From positions 69,212,753 to 69,260,114 of the forward strand of contig NC_068983.1 in assembly GCF_001194135.2 (NCBI RefSeq): a DNA stretch of 47,362 bases, read 5' to 3'. Of the stretch, positions 35,567 through 47,362 are shown one piece after another (within the stretch, counting starts at the first letter, position 1; each line of letters starts with the position of its first letter). The notes under the pieces are model-generated. The model did no database searches. It was not told where the DNA came from and saw only the letters and a list, made by a program, of their open reading frames with translations. Origin of the DNA: Octopus bimaculoides (taxonomy: Eukaryota). Position numbers and translations under genes: made by a program.

Positions 35567-37639
35567 CATGTATGTATGTATATGTACACAAACATGTGCA
35601 CGCAGATATGCATAACACCAACACACACACACACACTCACATACAAGCACACGCACACACAGCGACACACCGACAGACACACTCATACACACGCACGCAC
35701 GCGCGCACACGCATACCTGCGCGCTCACAGAGATACACTGATGAATATCCATATGCATGTGATTAGAAATCAAAGCTCTTGCCATCGTATTAATTTTACT
35801 ACCTTGCACATTCACTGGCAACTCCAATAAGCACACCTTAATTATCTTTGAAGTAATTACAGTAATGGAAATAAAGAAAATGAGGAAATGAGACCTGTAC
35901 AACTTGTAAACTACTGGTTGCTAAGGATACATCATTGATTTAGCCAGTCGGATTTTGCTGAATATGTTGTACAAGGCTGGTGATCGAATGAAGCGTAATC
36001 TCTTTGATATATTACTTCTAGTATATACTTCTTGTCTAGCTGTCATATTGCTCTGAGTGTAGAGAGGAGAACACACATTAAGGGTCTTGACACACATTCC
36101 AGAGCTGCAGGTATTTGTATATGATTGAACTGCGCGTATTCAAGAATTCGTCGTGCATTTAAAACTATAGTTCTTTCATTAATTCGTTAGACCTATACTG
36201 AGCACTGGCCATCCTGGGATAGCATACGTACATTCAAGTGTAGCGAGTGCATTCAAAAGTCGAATACATACACTAATACATACATATAATCAGAAGTCGT
36301 ATGTATGTATTTATCTGAGAGTTCAGTGTACATTCTGAAGAGTAGAGGGTGCATATGCAGAAAGGAGGCTGAGTACCTTTACCCAGGGTAAAAAAACACT
36401 TTAAACTTCACAAGCTGCTCATCGTCTACAGAGCTGAAGAATAGCGTATAGTGGTAGTTTCATATTCTTCTAAAAAGCTATCCTGTTGAATAGAAAAGAT
36501 TCACCTACTAACAGATAATATCCAATAACTTTTGGTTGGGCTGTTTCAACTCTTTCTCCAAGACTCTAATGGCCTCTGCTCCTCTGAACTAGCAAAAAGC
36601 GTCCGATCTAACGAATCAGACCAGCTCACATCTACAGTCATTTGCATTTTTTCTCTGCCAAATTCAAACTGAAAGCATATCGGTCTCACCATCCTGAAAG
36701 AGCCTGCAAAGAGTTACTCCACCAAGTAGATAAAGTACTCCACCCCAACTTGTATCTACTTTTCATGGAAAATAGGCGTTAATTTTCTGGGAATAAAATG
36801 TCAATAAAAATTGATAGCGATAACCACATAAATCATGTGTGCGCACGCACGCGTGCGTGTGAGTGCGCGCGCATGTGGTGTTTGTGCGTGTGCGCGCGTG
36901 CGTACTTGCGTATCGTATATTTCTATACATTTTCCAGTCACAACTTGCCTGAAGATCTTGTGTTCCTACAGGGGAAACTCAGAATAGTAAGAGTTAGATC
37001 TGTCCAAGATAATATATGTATATACTATATATAGGGAGAATTCACAAAAAAAACAAAAGACGAAGACGGGTGGTGTAGAAAACAAACAGATGTATTAGTT
37101 TAACGCTTGGGAAGTGAAAAAGTGTTTAACATTTCGAGCCTACGCTCTTCCACAGAAAGGAATACAGAAAGAAACAGGGAGAGAAAATAAAGAATGTGTA
37201 GTGGCTCACATATAAACTTCAGGTAAAAATGGCGCCCAATTACGTAGTGCGATAGGTATGTACAAGTGCTTAGGTTGATGCATCGCCTAAAACTCCGACT
37301 TGAACTTCGACTAAACCAAAAGGTGGTGTTGTTCCTGCTTAGCAACGAATGGCTACGATTGGTTTATTATTGAGTGGGTACATGTACAGTAGAAAGAAAG
37401 AATGAACAGGCAAAAACTGGTATCAGATTACCTAGAATATGGAATTTATATATGTAAGCATAACTGCTGGGTTGTTACAATTGAGTTGTTAGAATAGAGC
37501 GTATCATAAGTAAGAAATGCTGATAGTCTCTTACAGCTGTTTCCAGAATAAATGCACATATGATGCATTTCGTAGCGAACGAAGATAATAGTAGAGGACT
37601 TTCCTTCTTCAGACAGAAAAAAAGAGGAAGGTCCTCAGT

Positions 37640-38090
37640 AGAAAATTTTAGTAGTCAACAGTTACATCGTCAGATAGTTCCATCTCTTCGACGATGGAAC
37701 TGTTCACTATCAAAAGGAGCAGCAGTCCTGGACTCAAGTACGGTGCATTGTCTGAGGATCAATATGAGCAACAATGTCTCGTTTCGAGTGTATATCACCA
37801 AGATCGCGGCAATGTGCAGGCGAATAGCGAGAAGGATCCAGAGAAGTTTCAGAAGACGGGGGACCAAGAGACTACGCTGGTTTTATGGAAGACGTTTGTC
37901 CTCGGCCGCTTGAAGTACTACTCTTAGTAATGATCACCCAAACAATGTCAAATTAATAGCGGAACTTGAGGCAGTTCAGTGGTACTATATCAGGAAGATT
38001 GCATCAATAGAGCAGCCGAGCTGCTGAGAGAGACTGACTCTACTGCCTGGAGCGAAGACGGGAGAGATATACAGTGATATATATATGGAA
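37640..38090 (+). mobile_element. CR1-type LINE RT C-terminal relic
   Basis: LRINMSNNVSFRVYITKI..CR..RI.RSF..R...LVLWKTFVLGRLKYYS. Confidence 0.75.
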
Positions 38091-38243
38091 GAATGACATC
38101 GAGAGCTATACCAGTTCCCGAACTGGACGTCACTCTACTGCTTGCATGTCTATATATTTATATATATAGTAACGACATGCGTGATTCTCTGAGGACTATC
38201 TGCTCCTTCCTCCCTTTCCCAACCTCTGGATTTTTTCCTCTTT

Positions 38244-38270
38244 TCGACGAAGCACTATGCTCGGAACGTC
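38244..38270 (+). ncRNA. Degenerate minimal hammerhead relic
   Basis: tcgacga-agcACTATgct-cggaac-GTC. Layout matches CTGANGA/stem II/CGAAAC/GTC but two core positions are mutated. Confidence 0.35.
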
Positions 38271-38545
38271 ATTTCCAATCCTATTTTTCCATCTAAAACT
38301 TTCGCCGAGTGCCAATCTAATATATAAAGAACTTTCGTTATTTTATATTTGTCTTCTATTTTTGATTCGCCTATATNNNNNNNNNNNNNNNNNNNNNNNN
38401 NNNNNNNNNNNNNNNNNNNNNNNNNNNNNNNNNNNNNNNNNNNNNNNNNNNNNNNNNNNNNNNNNNNNNNNNNNNNNNNNNNNNNNNNNNNNNNNNNNNN
38501 NNNNNNNNNNNNNNNNNNNNNNNNNNNATATATATATATATATAT

Positions 38546-38597
<52 letters not shown>

Positions 38598-38606
38598 GTA
38601 TACATA

Positions 38607-39452
38607 CGAGGTCTGATGAATAAGTATCCGGACTGTTGCTATAGTAACGAAACTAAACCACACAGGGAGAAGCCGCTTGATAAAGATTGACTCTGAACTC
38701 TGCTGTGCATGTGCACTAAGTATTAACGTTCTAACTGACTTCCGCTGTTTACAGCAGTGCTTGGAAGGAAGGTGTGTAGCATGTGATTGTTGTATTGCCC
38801 TTGACAGAGGAAGCAGTCATGGCGACACCTGCTCAGATGACTGCACAGTGTTGCAGAACGTGTATGGAGCGGAGTGTGTGAGCCACACTCAAGTGTACGA
38901 GTGGCTCAGACGTTTCCAGGATGGCCGAAAAGATGTTGATATTGACGAACGTCCTGGGAGACCTGTGACCAGCAGAACGGAGAAAAACATCGCCGATATG
39001 CGTGCAAATCGTCGAATCATAATCCGTGAGTTATCAGAGGATGTGCAGACTAGTTACGGTTCAGTTCCGTTCATTATCACTGAAGATGTGTGTCTGCCAA
39101 TTTGTGCCAAAACTGCTTTCAGCTAAGCAAGATGACATTCGAGTTGCAGGTGCACAAGATCTCTTTGATTGTGTCGAGAACGATGAACATTTTTTAAAAA
39201 CTTTGCGTTGGCATCTGAGCAGGTATCCTCAAGCTTTTGGCAAAATTTGATGCAGAATCTTTGCTCACCTTTCTCTGTCATAGTCAACTTCCTTCCAAGC
39301 AGTGCTGTAAACAGCGGAAGTGAGCTGGAACGTTAAAACTTAGTGTGCATGCACAACAGAGTTCAAGGTCAATCTATGCCAAGCAGCTTTACTCTGTGTA
39401 ATTTAGCTTCGTTACAATGGCAACAGTCCGGATATTTATTGATCAGACTATG
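38607..39452 (+). mobile_element. Mariner derivative with long (about 165 bp) imperfect TIRs, 846 bp
   Basis: TA|cgaggtctgatgaataagtatccggactgttgc... pairs with ...caacagtccggatatttattgatcagactatg|TA. Internal N-terminal transposase VYG..VS..QVYEW.RRFQDGR.DV..DERPGRP..FVPKLL; no DDD domain. Confidence 0.88.
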
Positions 39453-39573
39453 TATATATATATGAAGAAATTTTATCCACCAATGCGGTGTTAAGCGCTC
39501 ATTCTCGTTGTTCGACATTTGCGGATATATATATATAATATATATATATATAAGTGTGAGTGTGTGTGAGTGT

Positions 39574-39612
<39 letters not shown>

Positions 39613-40800
39613 TGTATATGTCTCTGTGTGTATGTATACATATATAAGTATGTATGTATGTGTATGATGTGTGTATGTATGTATTTAAAGATTTCACGCT
39701 CAAACTATTTCAAATATTAATCAAATTTCTCGAAATCACCCACTTCAGTCTTTGGACAACGCTGTCTACGATTTTCAAAAAGTTGGGATTGTCACGACTG
39801 AAAGGCTTTTGATGATATGTCTGCTCAATGGAGGCTGACATGGAACTGAACAACAACAGCAACAGCAACATATGTTAAATTAAAGCTGAAATTAAATATG
39901 CTTAATACTGCTTAGGTGAATAAACAATAAGTTATTTATATATTCTTGTAGTTATTTCTTTCTTTTCGAAATATTGCTTCAAAATGTGATATCTTGATTT
40001 CTTAGACATCCGTAGAAGAAGCTGGCTCTTCTATACAGGAACTCTAGGTGACTGATTAATTACTAGTGAAACAAACGAACGCACAGTAAAAGTTAAACAG
40101 CCAGTTAAAGCAAAAGAAAAGCAAACTGACACTCAGAGTTGCGAAATAAAAACATGGTAACGGAATAACTGCACAAGCGAAACATGAGTTTTGTTCTATT
40201 TTCAATCGGAAATTGGTGTTCACATGCTCACCCGCGCAGACACACACATATACAAATGTATGTATGCACGTATGTAGATGTATACATACATACATACATA
40301 CACACACATATATATATACATATACATACACATTCATATATATATATATACTTGTATATATATATATATATACATATAGATATATACACAGATATATATA
40401 TATNNNNNNNNNNNNNNNNNNNNNNNNNNNNNNNNNNNNNNNNNNNNNNNNNNNNNNNNNNNNNNNNNNNNNNNNNNNNNNNNNNNNNNNNNNNNNNNNN
40501 NNNNNNNNNNNNNNNNNNNNNNNNNNNNNNNNNNNNNNNNNNNNNNNNNNNNNNNNNNNNNNNNNNNNNNNNNNNNNNNNNNNTATATATGCACATACAT
40601 ATATATATAAATATATATGTATACATATATGAGTATGTATGTATGTATGTATGTATGTATGTATGTATGTATGTATGTATCGCGCCCTCTCTCTCATTCT
40701 CTCTCGCTCTATCGTTCTATATATATATATATATATAATACGTACATATATAGATACACACACATGCACACAGAGAGACACACACACACACTTACACACA

Positions 40801-40956
40801 GAGGCGTGACTGCGTGGTAAGAAGCTTGCTTCCCAACCACAAGGTTCCTGGTTCAGTCCCATTGCGTTGCCCTTTGGACAAGTGTCTTCTACTATAGCCT
40901 TGGGCCGATCAAAGCCTTGTAAGTGGATTTGGTAGACGGAAACTGAAAGAAGCCCG
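40801..40956 (+). mobile_element. tRNA-derived SINE
   Basis: ggcgtgactgcgtggtaagaagcttgcttcccaacc...gtagacggaaactgaaagaagcccg. Confidence 0.85.
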
Positions 40957-41169
40957 AGTATGTATTTATATAGGATCTTTGTTGTTTTCGTCACTGTTTA
41001 CAATTTCGTACCAATTGTTTTCAAATCTAGCATATGGATTACGTTTTGTATATTAATTAAAAAAATGAAATTCATTTTTCATATATATCCATAATTAAAA
41101 AGTTATTAGTCTTTAAAATTTGCGAAATTTGGGTATTTTAACCGATTAGAAGCGAATATTTTACACATC

Positions 41170-41222
41170 ACCATGGCGAAGAACTCTGTTTCCATAGTAA
41201 CCAAAGATGCTGCGCATGCGCA
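41170..41222. promoter_or_regulatory. Candidate promoter: RFX X-box plus NRF-1 palindrome
   Basis: GTTTCCATAGTAAC (41188-41201) fits the X-box GTNRCC-AT-RGYAAC with one deviation (T at the R of the first half-site). TGCGCATGCGCA (41211-41222) is a perfect NRF-1 consensus. Local CpG enrichment. Confidence 0.55.
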
Positions 41223-41451
41223 CGAGTAGTGTAACCACTAACTTTAGTGTAATCGACAAATTGATAGTACCTGGGTATCTTTAAAGCGTGGAAACAAACG
41301 CCGGTGTGGGACACACCGTTCCATTTGTGACTTTATGTGAAGAAGAAAGTATGAGAAAGAAAATTTATGTTATAAAATCCTAGAGTGTATTGCAAACTTT
41401 CGTTCTTAAATTTTTAAAAACTAATCAACGTCTGCTTTAAGCAATGCTTTT

Positions 41452-41790
41452 GACTGTTATTTCCAGCAACTCCTGTTGGTTGGCTCATAGCTTCGATATA
41501 TTTAATTTGTTCGCGAATGTTTCCACTATTTTCACTGTTTACTTTGCCCGTGTATATATTAATGTTTCGACTGTTATTTTTAGCAACTCTTGTTGGTCTG
41601 TTAATAGCTTTTAAATATTTAATTTGCTCGCGAATGTTTTAATGTTAACCTTGCTCATGTATATTTTAATGTTTTAACTGTTATTTGTAGCAACTCCTGT
41701 TGGTTTGTTCGTAGCTTTTAAATATTTAATTTGCTCGCGAATGTTTTCATGTTTTTTCAGTTTACTGTAGATAGTTTAATGTTTTGACTT
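41452..41790. repeat. Three diverged tandem copies of a 107-117 bp unit
   Basis: (g/a)actgttattt..agcaactc.tgttgg...tttaatttg.tcgcgaatgttt starts at 41452, 41569 and 41676. Confidence 0.85.
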
Positions 41791-42298
41791 CCCGATCTCC
41801 ACCTCCCCGACGATGGAAGAGGCAGCGAACGCGCAGTTTTCTGATTGCTGAAAATGATCAAACTTTGAAAATCTGTAACATTTTTGCAAACTTTTTCAGG
41901 AATAAATGAATAATAAATTCGGATTCTGCGTCAAAAATTACATCTATATGATACATTAAAAATTGTTTTAAAGATAATTGTAAACAGTGACGAAAGCCAC
42001 AAATATCCTCCATATATGTATATATCTATGTGGGTCTTTGTGTCTGTGTTTGTCCCCCACCGCTTGACAACCGATAGAGTAAGTACTAGGCTTATGAAAT
42101 AAGTCATGGGATCGATTTGTTTAACAAAAATCATTCAAAGCAGGACACCAGCATTGTTGCAGTCAAATGACTGAAACAAGTAAAAAAATAATACAATATA
42201 TATGTGTGTGTGTGGTGTGTGTATTATATATACACATATATATGTGTGTGTGTGTGTGTTTGTATGTATGTATGTATATATATATATATATATATTAT

Positions 42299-43570
42299 AC
42301 TAGCAGAGGCACCCGGCGTTGCTCGGGAATGAAATTGTTGCTTGTATACTTGAAGAAAAAAAGGCAAAATATGCTGTATAGAAATTTGAGAGGACATTCT
42401 GTAGATGGACTCTCAGATGAATGATGGCTGGGCGCCTCTCACGAATGGGAAAAATTGAAGATGTGTCAAAAAGCCTCATTGGTACTTGGAAACTTTTACG
42501 AAAATTAAAATGGCGATTAAATGAAAAAAATGATTTACGTGAATATCCTCACAAGAGTAATTGAAATAAATGGCAATTGTGGAACCCTCCACGCACGCGC
42601 GCGCGCACACACACGTGTGTCTTTGTAAATATGTTTGTATACATTTATGTATGTGTGTGTTTGTAAGAGACAGAGTGTGAGTGAGAGAGAGAGGTTTGTT
42701 GTCATGTATACGTGCATGCATAAATATACATACATCTTTGGATGTATGCATATGACAACACAGCCCTTGATTCACTCATACTCTGTGTCTTACAAACACG
42801 CACGCGCGCGCATACACACGTATGTCTTTGTAAATATGTTTGTATACATTTATGTATGTGGTTGTTTGTAAGAGACAGAGTGTGAGTGAGTCAAGAGGTG
42901 TGTGCGTGTGTATGTGTGTGAGACAGAGTGAGAGAGCGGTGTGTATGTAGTATTTACTCTCTCTCTCTCTCTAATACACACGAACACACACAGTCACACA
43001 CAAAATAGAGAGTGAAGCTTTTTGCCATTGTTACGTCAATACCGAAATACGCGCGTGCACATACACACGTGTGTCTTTATAAATATGTTTGTATACATTT
43101 ATGTATGTGTGTGTTTGTAAGAGACAGAGTGTGAGTGAGAGAGAGAGGTTTGTTGTCATGTATACGTGCATGCATAAATATACATACATCTTTGGATGTA
43201 TGCATATGACAACACAGCCCTTGACNNNNNNNNNNNNNNNNNNNNNNNNNNNNNNNNNNNNNNNNNNNNNNNNNNNNNNNNNNNNNNNNNNNNNNNNNNN
43301 NNNNNNNNNNNNNNNNNNNNNNNNNNNNNNNNNNNNNNNNNNNNNNNNNNNNNNNNNNNNNNNNNNNNNNNNNNNNNNNNNNNNNNNNNNNNNNNNNNNN
43401 NNNNNNNNNNNNNNNNNNNNNNNNNNNNNNNNNNNNNNNNNNNNNNNNNNNNNNNNCACGAACACACACAGTCACACACAAAATAGAGAGTGAAGCTTTT
43501 TTGCCGTTGTTACGTCAATACCGGAAGTTGACATTGAGGAACCTTTTTAAAGAAGTGAATCTTAAATATA
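42299..43570 (+). mobile_element. Helentron/HINE-like non-autonomous element with internal tandem blocks
   Basis: Starts ACTAG..cccggcgttgctcggg (terminal hairpin). Internal blocks are repeated at about 42610/43064 and 42978/43457. Confidence 0.45.
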
Positions 43571-43599
43571 AAGCAATATTATTTATTTTTAATTAAAAA

Positions 43600-44560
43600 A
43601 ATCAAATGAAGGGCCTAAGAGTTATCCGAGGTCAAATTATTCACGCATCACAAGTATGGAAGCATTTGGTGAAGTCGATTTCACGGGAAAAGCGATTACA
43701 CACACATCTCTGTTTTATATATAGTATAGATGATGGCCTCTCCCGTCGAAGGCGACGTATGAAAGTACAATTGTATATCCTGTACATTAGCTCACACCCT
43801 CCATCAAATAAAAATCAACGTTGCCTGAACAGGTACACGGTGTATCACGCATCAGGTGTCAAAGTGATCGCAGAGCAAAGTCAGCTGAAGTGTTCTGCTC
43901 AAGAACACGATGCTTCAAAAGTTGTGCAGTCATTCTCCGAGTTTTCCGACTCTGTCGAGATCACGCAGCTTGTGATATATCATACCATGGTCGACATTAT
44001 CAAAGGCATTTTGCAAAGTCGACATATATCACTGTCACGTCCACATTGTGGAGCAGCTGTTTTAACACCCAGTCGTATGCGCTGTAAGAGCTGTGTCAGG
44101 CACCTTCTACCTGGTAAAAAACCTTCGTGGTTGTCAGTCAGTAAGTCATTCTCTTCAAGGATCACAATTGGTTTCTTTCGGGCTATTCCTTCTATGACTT
44201 CACTGATGTGTGAGATCAGAGAGATAGGTCTATAATTTCTAGCACCAGCGTTTCTTCCTTCTTTATTGATAGGACATATTATTCCTTCCTTAAAATTGCC
44301 TGGGAACTTACCAATTGCAAGAGAACTCCGAAAAAGAAGGTGCAGTGGCTTTGCAAGGGCTCGTTCGAATTATTTGAAGATCGCTACGAATCGATCAGGG
44401 CCAGTTGAGTATGCGTCAACCTCATCTATAGTCAGTATTATATCTTCTTTGATGTCGATGAAGCCAATTATTATCACCCCCTTTCTTATAGATGTAGTGG
44501 CAAAGAACTCCGTTTGTTTCTTCACTTGTCTGTGTCCAAGAGGGATAATAAGGACACTTT
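43600..44560 (-). mobile_element. CR1-type LINE RT relic
   Basis: KPLHLLFRSSL..GKFP..FK...ICPI.K..NYRPISLTSHI...LEENDLLTDNHEGF.PGR.CLTQLL. Confidence 0.8.
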
Positions 44561-44634
44561 TGACATGCCTATAGATTCTATATATATGCATATACATTCA
44601 TAAATGGGTTTGTGTGTGTTTATGTGTGTGTGTC

Positions 44635-44696
<62 letters not shown>

Positions 44697-44849
44697 AGCG
44701 CGCGTGTGTGTATATGCGTGCGTATGCCTGCATATGTATGTGCGTATATAGTCATGTTTGCTCATAATCATGTGTACGTAACTGATATACTCGTGTATTC
44801 ATGTGCATCGTATATAGACATACGTACGCGCATATATGTATTATGAAAC

Positions 44850-45024
44850 GCCGGTGTTAAAACGGGGGTAGCTGATGAAGGAGAATGTTCTCTATGTGGC
44901 TTGTGTGTTTTCTCGTCTACGTTTTGTTTGCAATGTCCTGTACCCAGATATGCACCTATACATACAGGTGGATGTCGGTATGCACATACCTGTACGTATA
45001 TATGCATATACTCATTTACTATTT

Positions 45025-45028
<4 letters not shown>
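44850..45028. repeat. Copy of the 15.1 kb repeat in inverted orientation
   Basis: 44943-45028 is the exact reverse complement of 15098-15183. Confidence 0.9.
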
Positions 45029-45070
<42 letters not shown>

Positions 45071-45674
45071 GTATATAGAGGTTATGAGAGGTAATGGTGA
45101 CAATAAGACCCAAAGGTGTCAGGTAATGGTGAGTAAGTACTATGGACTTATAGTTAAGCTCCAGGTTCGGTGATTATGCGACTGAGAAGTCCAACGTAGG
45201 TCATATATACACCCAATGAGACTGACGTTAAAACACCTGAAAGTAAGACACAGGCAAGCAAGACAATTCACATTAGGTCCCTTCTCGGAGCGACAGACAT
45301 CAATGTTTCGTCATTGTTTTGACATTTCAATGCTGCGTACCGAATAGACCTACTGAAAGGTATGTCGCCGACGATGACTATAAGCTAAATAGTTTAAAAG
45401 GCATCTGCTGGCATGTCTCAGCGTTTCATGCCACGGGAAAAAATTCAGTTATTAATTGTAAACAGCTGGAGGTGTATAAACACAATCGAACACACATACA
45501 CAATGTGTGTTTGTGTTGGTAGTTCGTGGGTCGGCTACGTTTAAGGCATCAGAGAATACATTCTCAATGTGCCAGGTGTTACAACAGCTCGAAGTAAATC
45601 ACAAACTAGCGAGACAACTCACTTCAGAATATATTTCTTACGCTTAAAACTAGCTGGTTAGAATTCAAAATTGA

Positions 45675-45736
<62 letters not shown>

Positions 45737-46231
45737 NNNNNNNNNNNNNNNNNNNNNNNNNNNNNNNNNNNNNNNNNNNNNNNNNNNNNNNNNNNNNNNN
45801 NNNNNNNNNNNNNNNNNNNNNNNNNNNNNNNNNNNNNNNNNNNNNNNNNNNNNNNNNNNNNNNNNNNNNNNNNNNNNNNNNNNNNNNNNNNNNNNNNNNN
45901 NNNNNNNNNNNNNNNNNNNNNNNNNNNNNNNNNNNNNNNNNNNNNNNNNNNNNNNNNNNNNNNNNNNNNNNNNNNNNNNNNNNNNNNNNNNNNNNNNNNN
46001 NNNNNNNNNNNNNNNNNNNNNNNNNNNNNNNNNNNNNNNNNNNNNNNNNNNNNNNNNNNNNNNNNNNNNNNNNNNNNNNNNNNNNNNNNNNNNNNNNNNN
46101 NNNNNNNNNNNNNNNNNNNNNNNNNNNNNNNNNNNNNNNNNNNNNNNNNNNNNNNNNNNNNNNNNNNNNNNNNNNNNNNNNNNNNNNNNNNNNNNNNNNN
46201 NNNNNNNNNNNNNNNNNNNNNNNNNNNNNNN

Positions 46232-46288
<57 letters not shown>

Positions 46289-46649
46289 CACTAGCATACA
46301 GAAGATGAAATGAAACAAACTACAATATTGATTTCAGTATAGACAGTTACTACACCGAAATGGACAGTTTGATGAACATGTTTCCACATATGCAGGCAAC
46401 CAAGTTAATATGCAGTACGCCCCCTATACACACACACACACATAAAACACACACACACATAAAACACACACACACACACATAAAACACACACAAACACAT
46501 ACATACACACAAAAACGCACACACATATGTAAGTATATATATAGACATATTGAAATGGACAGTTCGATGCATTTGTCACATATATACACAACCAAATAAA
46601 TAAAGACTATATGTAGAGTGTGTGTACACAGACACACAGACACACACAA

Positions 46650-46724
<75 letters not shown>

Positions 46725-47362
46725 CATACATGCATATATATATACGTATATATATACATATATATGCATATACACAGGTCCATGTATATAGCTATGTCCC
46801 TATATATCTATATATGTATATATACTTATATGCATATGCATATACATGAATGTTTATATTAGTATGCTCATATAAACATACACATATCCATGCATGTATA
46901 TCTTTATACAGACCACAGATATACATATACATACACAGGAATATACGCCTATATTTACCTAAATCAAACATTCGCTGTCTATATATATATTTTACACCGG
47001 TCTTAGAAAACAATGCTTTTATTATTTCATGTCGTTTCTCTTCATTTAACGTTGATTTCCAAATCGACTAATAGAGGCAAACGAGTGAATCCGAGACAGA
47101 AATAATTAATTGGTTGGTTAATAAGAAGGAAATCTGTAATGGAAGGTGTCTATAATGCGTTTGATGAAAAAATCGACCGCCTCGTACATACATACATACA
47201 TACATACATGCTACTGACACACACACACATATATATATTTACATATATATATACACACACACACATATATATCTATACATTTATAAATATATATATGTGT
47301 ATGTACATATATATATAAACATATATACATGCATACCTATATATATATATATATATATATAT
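46232..47362. repeat. Microsatellite-rich low-complexity region (TA/CA/TACA)
   Basis: Directly visible. Confidence 0.9.

Noticed and set aside
41452-41790. Repeat array as possible CRISPR
   Set aside because: Units are over 100 bp and diverged, with no unique spacers and no cas genes, in a eukaryotic context.

Overview
AT-rich eukaryotic draft scaffold with 11 N-gaps, dense (TA)n/(CA)n/(AAT)n microsatellites and many tRNA-derived SINEs. The repeat landscape looks cephalopod (Octopus-like); this is an inference from recognising the repeats. Most of the window is transposon debris: two Ty3/Gypsy relics, Tigger, mariner, a DD41D element, RTE, CR1, R4/Dong-like LINEs, Penelope-like pieces and a Helentron-like element. 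No long intact ORF, rRNA, true tRNA or CRISPR array was seen. Three signals stand out. (1) Six small minus-strand exons (22655 to 4934) splice in phase into a peptide of about 160 aa with three N-glycosylation sequons and a weak, memory-based resemblance to the N-terminus of the CatSper-epsilon sperm-channel subunit. (2) A compact RFX X-box plus NRF-1 palindrome at about 41.2 kb could be its promoter. (3) A retrozyme/Penelope-like unit of about 350 bp at the window start carries a near-intact minimal hammerhead ribozyme, with two further hammerhead relics elsewhere. All gene-level calls are hand-made and need RNA or homology confirmation.
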